From NCBI GenBank assembly GCA_951406725.2, contig OX597824.1:77810001-77874000 (forward strand): a stretch of 64,000 nt of DNA. Direction: 5' to 3'. Every line of letters starts with the position of its first letter. Within the stretch, counting starts at the first letter, position 1. Below the pieces are notes generated by a model. The model searched no databases, was not told the origin of the DNA, and saw only the letters and a list, made by a program, of their open reading frames with translations. This document shows positions 56,310 to 64,000 of this stretch, piece by piece. The translations under genes were made by a program, and so were the position numbers. Source of the stretch: Octopus vulgaris (Eukaryota).

Positions 56310-56353
<44 letters not shown>

Positions 56354-57128
56354 TGCATATATTATACCATAAGTATAATATATATATATACTATAAGCAT
56401 ATAAGAAATACTATAAATATATTATACTTGGGGGATTTGTATGCGAGTTTCTATTGCTTTCCATTGCATCACAATTGCGACTCATTGTTCCTCTGATGTT
56501 CGGAACAATGAAATATTTACATGTTGACCCTTGTGATAATACATTCATATAACTCTGTTATAATGTTTGCCATGTTTAGTTTTCCATTGTTATTCAATGT
56601 TTCTTTATTCGTATAATGAATTACATGTTTCATATGCGATGATATTTAGCTAAATGGTGACTTCTTTGTTTGCGCTATGGATTTAGTATTAAATGTTTCA
56701 TGGCCCATCTTTAATATTCTGCAATATGTTTTGCGTGGTATGTGTACATTAGTATGTTGCAGCTGTGAAGAATAACAACTTCTGCTTTTATAACATCAGA
56801 TATCGATTTTATGGGATCCTGTATTATGTTATTTCGCTAGGTGTTGATGGTGTTGAGTACAGGTTGTGTGAGTTAAGTTATTTTATTTGATAGTTATCGT
56901 CTAGGGAATATATTTTGTACAGAGAATCCTCTGTTTGTGTTGTGTGTGTGTTTTTTTTTTTCATTCAAACTGCTTTGCGCAGGAAGTGGAGTGTGTCTAG
57001 CAGAATATTGCTCAGAATAATTTTCGTATTGTAATTTTTTATACATAATATTTCTGAAGAAATAAAATTAACAATATGGAATTTGTACAACTAGAACGTC
57101 TGTAGTCATAGGTTTGCTGGATCAGAGA

Positions 57129-57416
57129 CATCATCATCATTAACAACATGAACACCATCATCATAAACGTCATTATCATCCTCATCATCATTGTTCTTGT
57201 CATCGTCATCATCATTATCATCATCATTGCCATCGTCGTTGTCTTCGCCGTCGTCCTCATTATCATCATCATCATCATCATCATTATCCTTGTCGTCGTC
57301 GTCATCATTATCATCATCATTGCCATCGTCGTTGTCGCCGTCGTCTTCATTATCATCATCATCACCGTCGTCGTAGTCGTCGTTGTTATCATCATCATCA
57401 GCAGCAGCATCATCAG

Positions 57417-57448
<32 letters not shown>

Positions 57449-57468
57449 GCATCATCATCATCATCATT
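57129..57468. repeat. (CAT/CGT)n degenerate microsatellite with internal ~90 bp duplication
   Basis: TTGTCATCGTCATCATCATTATCATCATCATTGCCATCGTCGTTGTC occurs twice with small differences. Confidence 0.92.
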
Positions 57469-57469
57469 T

Positions 57470-57765
57470 AACGCCCATGTTACATACTGGTTACATGCTG
57501 TCATGGGTTGCAGAGTTTGACAAGATCTGATGGGCTCCAGGACGGCATCGTACTCCAGAGTCTTCTTTGGCATTGTCCTTACCGCTGGATGTTTTGTACC
57601 ACAGGCACAAGGGCGGTCGGCATACAGCTCGCAAGACTATGAAGCCCGATGGTGGGGGCATGAGGGTTAAGACATGAGAGAATGGGATTAAAGAGACCAG
57701 GATCTTGTAATCGGGGATTGACATGGCTACTCACATTTAGGAGAGAATGGGAATGAATCAGCACT
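57470..57765 (-). mobile_element. Decayed retro-element/SINE-like repeat with (ATG)n tail
   Basis: GC-richer block directly adjoining the long (CAT)n tract 57130-57468. Confidence 0.35.
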
Positions 57766-57866
57766 GGCCGCGAAGAGAAAATTTAATAAAAAAACAGTTA
57801 TTTAGTAACCGAATACACGGAATGCAGTAATAAATGAGTATCGTACTGATAACAACAGTGATAACT

Positions 57867-57901
57867 CCGGACGTTTCGGCATTTTTAGCCCTCCTCAGTG
57901 G
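57867..57901 (-). ncRNA. Minimal hammerhead-like motif
   Basis: Minus strand: CCA-CTGAGGA-GGGC(TAAAAAT)GCC-GAAA-CG-TC-CGG. The core is canonical with a GUC triplet, but stem I is weak. Confidence 0.5.
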
Positions 57902-58567
57902 TGAATAATTTTCGTCACTGCTTGTCAAAACTTAATTGACGAAGAAATATAACAAAACTATTTTTTAATGCAATAAATACACAGTAAAGGGCGCAACAGG
58001 TTACAAAGAATGTTCTAGAAGGTAATGCTCAAAGGCGTCTTCTTAAGAAATGTATTTTTATTATTTCATGTCATGGAAGAAATTAAGAGTGAATATTTTT
58101 TCTGTTGCTATGAGGAGCTGTTATAATCTGTTTTGTATTTTTGTTTTTCTCCCCATTCAGAAACTAAAAATCGAAGAACCATTTATAATGTGTAATAGAG
58201 TGTACGTACAAATTACTTGTGTATCATCCATAAAATGTCCTGTCAAATCTTCTATTGTGATAAGATTTCAAACTGAATCAGTCTTTTGACCCAGGACATT
58301 TCAGGTGAATTCCAATTTATTTATTTATTTATTTATTTATCATCATCATCGTCATCATATTTTGACGAACTGCAGTATCGAGTAATATACTTAACGGCAA
58401 TTCATTCGTTTTTACCTTGTGAATTTAAATTCCGCCGAGGTGAAAGTTGACTTTCATCCTTTTGGTGGTCGACAAGACAAGTATCATTTGATCATTGGGG
58501 ACGATGTAATCGAATAGTCCACTCTCAGACTAAATTTCAGGCCTTGTGCCTTTAGTAGAAAGGATTA

Positions 58568-58644
<77 letters not shown>

Positions 58645-58712
58645 GTCATTGTTGTTGTTGTTGTTGTTATTATTATTACTATTATTATTACTATTATTAT
58701 TATTATTATGAT

Positions 58713-59250
58713 TGACTGAGAGAGCAGTGCATGCCATCAAAGTGACACTGGGGTAAAATATACGAAGCCCAGTATACCCATCATGACTACCCGTCTGATA
58801 AGGGTACACCAGGCACATGCATCACAACCATATGTGCGCGAAATGGTGATCTCATAACAAGATAAACAGCGCATGACCTTGCGGGTGGGGCCCAGTTAGA
58901 ATTTTCTTCTGGTTGGGTAACCCATCTCACTGAAAAGGTCCCTGATTAAGGGTTGTTTAAGGATGTTGAACGAAATACCTATGTTTCCAGAGATGAATCA
59001 TTCAAACCCCAAAGAATCCCTCTCAACACATGGCTATGATGCTCCCCCACTACTTCTGCTCGTGATCAGAGATGCACATATCGTCAGCCACTAAGGGACA
59101 TGCTCAACTGGTTATGGTCAAACAACTGACAAGCAAATCTGTGGTATTGAGCAGAATATTTGCTGTAGCCCATCTTTTATACCAAGCAATGTACATGATG
59201 ACACTTCCAATCAGTGAAGATCAGAAGCCATGAGAGCCACTGCCTGGTAC
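58713..59250 (-). mobile_element. Second copy of the ~555 bp (AAT)n-embedded repeat
   Basis: Colinear with 28711-29266 from GAGAGAGCAGTGCATGCC to GCCACTGCCTGGTACT; (ATT)n flanks. Confidence 0.75.
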
Positions 59251-59323
<73 letters not shown>

Positions 59324-59331
59324 GTTATTAA

Positions 59332-59362
<31 letters not shown>

Positions 59363-59406
59363 GTTATTGTTATTGTTATTAATATTATTATTATTATTAT
59401 TATTAC

Positions 59407-59448
<42 letters not shown>

Positions 59449-60020
59449 TTTGACATTGCTATTTATTGTTTCGTGACATAACGCCAAATGTCATGGGCGT
59501 CACTGGAAATATGATATGACGGCAACAACTGGTCAAGTCACTGCATCTCTATTCACCACAAACCCGACCATAATTATTTTCATTAAGACAGCGAGCTGGA
59601 TAAATTAGAACGCCCATATATAAACATGCATGTCAATAATTAATAACTCATATGCGATAATGCTCTTTAAAATATTTACAACTATTTTACCGATATATTC
59701 TGAAAGATGTCTAAGTCAATTATAAGACGAAATCTCTCAAAATCATTTTAATTTTAACAATTAGAAATACGAGAAATATGATGAGAGTGAAGTTGTAATT
59801 TGATTTTAAATCAATAGGGAATGTATTTTAACGGATTTATATTTCAGATATACATTACAGATATTGTCGGGTAGAGAAATTTGGGCATGGCTGTTTGTGA
59901 GAATTTGTCACGGCGACCGAGCATTCATCTGTTTTTGGCGACGGTACTTTTGGCACAGGCGGGAAACAAACTGGTGCCCACGCAGGCATATATATACATA
60001 TATATATAAATATACATATA

Positions 60021-60077
<57 letters not shown>

Positions 60078-60472
60078 GTTTAAATATTTGTTGTGCAAGA
60101 TTTTTTATGTGAAGTCGTGTGTTGAAACAGATATTGTTATATTTCGGAATGGTCATATTGCCAGTTTAGCCAATAAAAACACACGCACTATATATTTGGT
60201 GTTATTTTGCTTCAGTGATATTTATTTTTTACATTAATCTTAATCTTATTTCGGCCAAAGTTCTTTCGTCACACTCCTGTGACCGCATCAGTGGTCCTTT
60301 GTTTTCTTCTCACTTACTTGTGTCTCTCCTTACTAACCGTCAGCCATTTTGTATTTCTATTGTATGTCTTCATTTGCGCATGCTTATATCTCTATGTGCG
60401 TCTATGTTTATTTAGTGTGTGGGGGGGGGATGCCTGTAATATTTGTATCTTCTGGTTATATACATTCTTGTA

Positions 60473-60947
60473 TAAACTTAAACTAAGAATTAAGGTTGTT
60501 GAAAAGCCAGGCAACCCTATCAGATCTATAATTGGTAGAACCTATCCTTTTAGTAGAACTCTCTGTACGGATAACTATTGCACTGTATGTAGATTTAGCC
60601 CACAAACGAACTGTAAAGCCAGAAATGTGGTCTATAGTATAAGATGTATAGAGGGACGATGCAGTAACAAGACAGTAACATACGTAGGGGAAACTGCAAG
60701 AAGCATTGGTGAGCGGGTGAATGAACATTGGAGACAACTCAAGGAAGGTAAAAGCTCATCGATTCTGTACCAACACGCCGAACAAGAACACGGGGGATCA
60801 ATCAATAACATAGAGATTAAGATATTGTCCACACATAGAACAGATGCAACAATTAGACAAATTACAGAAGCTACACATATAATAGAAAATAAACCTAGCC
60901 TGAATAGAAAACTAGAATGGAGCAATAGCGCACACCACAACATATGA
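60473..60947 (+). CDS. GIY-YIG endonuclease C-terminal fragment of PLE ORF (upstream partial-tandem copy)
   Basis: Translation reads CTDNYCTVC...[13 protein letters not shown]...[17 protein letters not shown]...HAEQEH...[14 protein letters not shown]. This shows the GIY/YVG motifs, the conserved R, E and N, and a Cys-rich linker. The N-terminal part of ORF 60279-60947 is just the inverted pLTR read in frame. Confidence 0.9.
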
Positions 60948-61472
60948 CAATAGTGGATCCTGCAAACATAATAAATACACAGGTAATTAAAGAAATAGAA
61001 ATGAATATCTATATATATGTATATGTGTATATATATGTATATGTATATGTGTATATATGTGTGTATATATGTATATATATATATATATATATGTATATGT
61101 ATATGTATGTATATATATATATATGTATATGTATATTCTTTTTTTTTTTTTTTTTTTTCTCGATTAGATTTATTATTATTATTACTAATATTGTTGTTAT
61201 ACATACATACAAGCATATGTAATGATAATAATGGGTGGATGTAAACACATGAATAAAATTAGAACAAAAGCAACAACAACAAAAACAAAATACAAATTAC
61301 AAGAATGTATATAACCAGAAGATACAAATATTACAGGCATCCCCCCCCCACACACTAAATAAACATAGACGCACATAGAGATATAAGCATGCGCAAATGA
61401 AGACATACAATAGAAATACAAAATGGCTGACGGTTAGTAAGGAGAGACACAAGTAAGTGAGAAGAAAACAAA

Positions 61473-61517
61473 GGACCACTGATGCGGTCACAGGAGTGTG
61501 ACGAAAGAACTTTGGCC
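61473..61517 (+). ncRNA. Candidate variant minimal type-I hammerhead ribozyme in pLTR (inverted copy at 60253-60297)
   Basis: GGACCA-CTGATGCG-GTCACA(GGAG)TGTGAC-GAAA-GAAC-TT-TGGCC. Stem II is perfect and GAAA is present, but the core deviates from CUGANGA. Hammerheads in PLE pLTRs are established. Confidence 0.5.
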
Positions 61518-61613
61518 GAAATAAGATTAAGATTAATGTAAAAAATAAATATCACTGAAGCAAAATAACACCAAATATATAGTGCGTGTGTTTTTATTGG
61601 CTAAACTGGCAAT

Positions 61614-64000
61614 ATGACCATTCCGAAATATAACAATATCTGTTTCAACACACGACTTCACATAAAAAATCTTGCACAACAAATATTTAAACGTACTAAC
61701 GTGAGCCACAGCCAGGCTTGCAAGATGCTGAAGAACACTATATTTTGTTGCCTAAAGAAAACTGTGACAACGCAACAGCTTCGTTTTATAAAACAATGTG
61801 TCTCGTCCAGGATATGTATCAACAAGGTCACAGCCAACGTTAAACGGCTTGACCTCACTAACGGACAAGCGGAAAGACTAAAAAGGACGCTAATGGTAAA
61901 TATTAGAAATAGAATATACAGAGAGCTGAGCGAACAAGAGAAGCGTAAACGTATATTTTTAAAAGAAATTAAAAGTATCACGACACGAAAGGAGAAAACC
62001 TTAATAATGGATATAATATATGAAGAAAACAGACATGTAATACACCAATGCAATATCCATTTTAAGAGGAAGTTATCGTGGTTGAAACAGAAACGTCAAT
62101 ATGAGCTCGCAAAGGAAGAAAAGCAGAAGTATCCAGATACAATAAATGGAATTATTATGGAAGATGTGCTACTACCAGAAGAGTTCAATAAAGACAATGA
62201 AGCGAACATCTATGGGGGAGTAACAACGGACCCAGATGAAATATCGATACTTCAACTACCACCAAAGTATGCAGTGTATAGTAAAGTGAATACCATCAAA
62301 TGCCTGTCCGAGATTGAAAAGTCGTTCACAAAAATACGTTGGAATTTAAATAGATACTATGACAACAACACTTGCGACAACAACAACAACGCGAAAAACA
62401 CTAACCGCAGCAACAACAACACAAACAATAATGACCGCAACAATAACAACCGTAGCAACAAAAGCAACACGAACCCTAACAGCAGGCAACAACAACAACA
62501 ACAACACGAACCCTAACAGCGACAACAACAATAACAATAGAAAAAATGTATGCATAGACACAAACAATAGATACAAAAACAAAAACACAAACAGAGAGAG
62601 AAAAATCGTATACAACAGCAACAACAACAACAATTATAGGGAGAACCGACACACAAACACACACACAGATAGCCATAGTCACAAAAACACGAATAAAAGT
62701 TGTGTCATAGGGGTCACGATGGAGAATAAAGTTGAATGCAACAGGATCCTTGGACAGGGAGTCAGCGGACTTGAAACAGATAACAATACTCATAGGAACA
62801 AAAATAACGACCGCAACAGGGGGATTGACAGGGACCAACAGACAGACATAAAACCCAACACTAATATAAACAACACATATACCAGAAACAGGAACAATGA
62901 ATATATCACTAGCGATGATAGTAATAATGGCAATGGTAGGAATAAAGGTAATAACAATAATAGTGGTAGTAGTAGTGGTGATGGTAACAGTAGAAGTAGT
63001 AATGAGGATAGTAGTGATAGTTGTGGTGGTAATAGGAATACTAGTAGTAGTAGTAGTAGTGGTAATGGTGATAATAATAATAGGAAGGCTGATGTTGGAA
63101 ACAGTAACGATAATGAAGATAACCCTAGAGAGACCATTGACATGTATACCCATCCCTTTGACACTCAATTCTTCAACGTATGCGACAAAACTTACTGCAT
63201 GAACCGAATTTATCCAACAACATTACCCTTCAACAAAAGGGTATACATCCCAAGACGTACTAATGACCACATGGAAGCACAGTTCACTATAGCTAGGACC
63301 AAACTTAGACAGATTTTAGGTTTATACATTAAGAGACAGAGACAGAATAAGACAGATGCCCAACAACTAGGGATTAAACCTGCATGTGGCCTACAGAAGC
63401 TCATTCAGCGCACGAGGAACGGAGAGGTGATATGCCTTCCCACGGATAAGTCCGGCAGGATGTCAATAGACAGCTTACCGAACTACATCCAGGCAATGCA
63501 ACCTCATATCGCCAATACAAAAGTAACAACTGTACAGGCGCATGAGGAGAGAGAAAAGGTCCTCAATGCCCACATGATGATGTGGACAATTGTTCTGGGA
63601 CCTCAGAAACGTACTGCAAAGAATTTCCAAGCCTGGAACAATGATATCCCGGCACTGTATGGACTTCGCAAGGACCATAAAGGTTTTACTGACCCTATAG
63701 CAGGACCACCAACAAGACCAGTCTGTGGAGCAAATATCGCTAGCAATTACAGAATCTCCTACTTCCTCTCAATGATCATACGCCCTATAATCAGGATGTC
63801 ACCTGATGTATGTGACAGCACAGAAGATCTCCTAAGCAGGATCAGTGACTGTAACAAAACTTGTGACTTGACAGGATGTATAGTAGGTAGCATGGATGTG
63901 GTATCCCTATACCCATCGATTGACGTAGATTTTGCAGTGGAGAAGTGCGTGGAGATGATCAACGAGAGCCAGGTGGAGTTCTGTAATGTCGACACAGAAG
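61614..64000 (+). CDS. PLE polyprotein: N-terminal domain, Asn/Ser-rich linker, reverse transcriptase (one apparent frameshift near 62484; 3' incomplete)
   Basis: ORF 61614-62516 contains ILQLPPKYAV. A second frame is open from ~62485 to the window end: LPTDKSGR...PALYGLRKDHK...PPTRPVCGA...GSMDVVSLYPSID, i.e. PLE RT motifs (DK-S/G, KxHK..RP, motif A D). It is absent from the ORF track because it has no stop in the window. Confidence 0.88.

Larger units (their letters stand above)
60075..64000 (+). mobile_element. Penelope-like retroelement (PLE), partial-tandem structure with inverted pLTR, abutting (TA)n; continues beyond window
   Basis: Order: (TA)n; ~398 bp inverted copy (60075-60472 = reverse complement of 61298-61695); GIY-YIG 3' fragment; UTR/pLTR; long ORF with PLE RT motifs. 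An upstream 3'-end copy plus an inverted pLTR is the established Penelope layout. Confidence 0.92.

Noticed and set aside
56420-56960. Possible decayed GIY-YIG/PLE 3' fragment on minus strand
   Set aside because: Too degenerate to recover diagnostic motifs by eye; TBLASTN would be needed.
58161-58304. Candidate host exon (polypyrimidine-CAG ... CAG/GTGAAT)
   Set aside because: All three frames contain stops and the peptide is unrecognisable. It could only be non-coding, and there is no support for that.
60945-61000. Selenocysteine read-through of the GIY-YIG TGA (reported for some Naiad PLEs)
   Set aside because: TGA falls after the domain end and is followed by TAG two codons later; I could not fold a convincing SECIS.

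Overview
This is AT-rich eukaryotic (animal) genomic DNA made almost entirely of microsatellites and transposable elements. I could not support any host protein-coding gene. The SINE families and the density of (TA)n/(AAT)n/(TAGA)n tracts suggest an octopus or other cephalopod intron or intergenic region (inference). It contains three tRNA-derived SINE families in many copies, non-autonomous Helitrons, decayed mariner transposons and MITEs, and LINE fragments (R4/Dong-like 3' ends in (AAT)n, Tx1/L1-like, CR1-like, RTE-like). At the right end is a young-looking Penelope-like element (PLE) with an inverted pseudo-LTR, a GIY-YIG fragment and an RT ORF that runs off the window. The most interesting signal is a set of short elements, mostly (TA)n-flanked, that carry type-I hammerhead-ribozyme motifs and/or fold-back palindromes (e.g. 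42.6-43.3 kb, 41.6 kb, 42.1 kb, 9.1 kb, 17.6 kb, 57.9 kb, 21.3 kb). They echo the architecture of the large PLE. Nearly all ORFs in the supplied track are microsatellite artefacts. Boundaries were placed by eye and are approximate for decayed elements.
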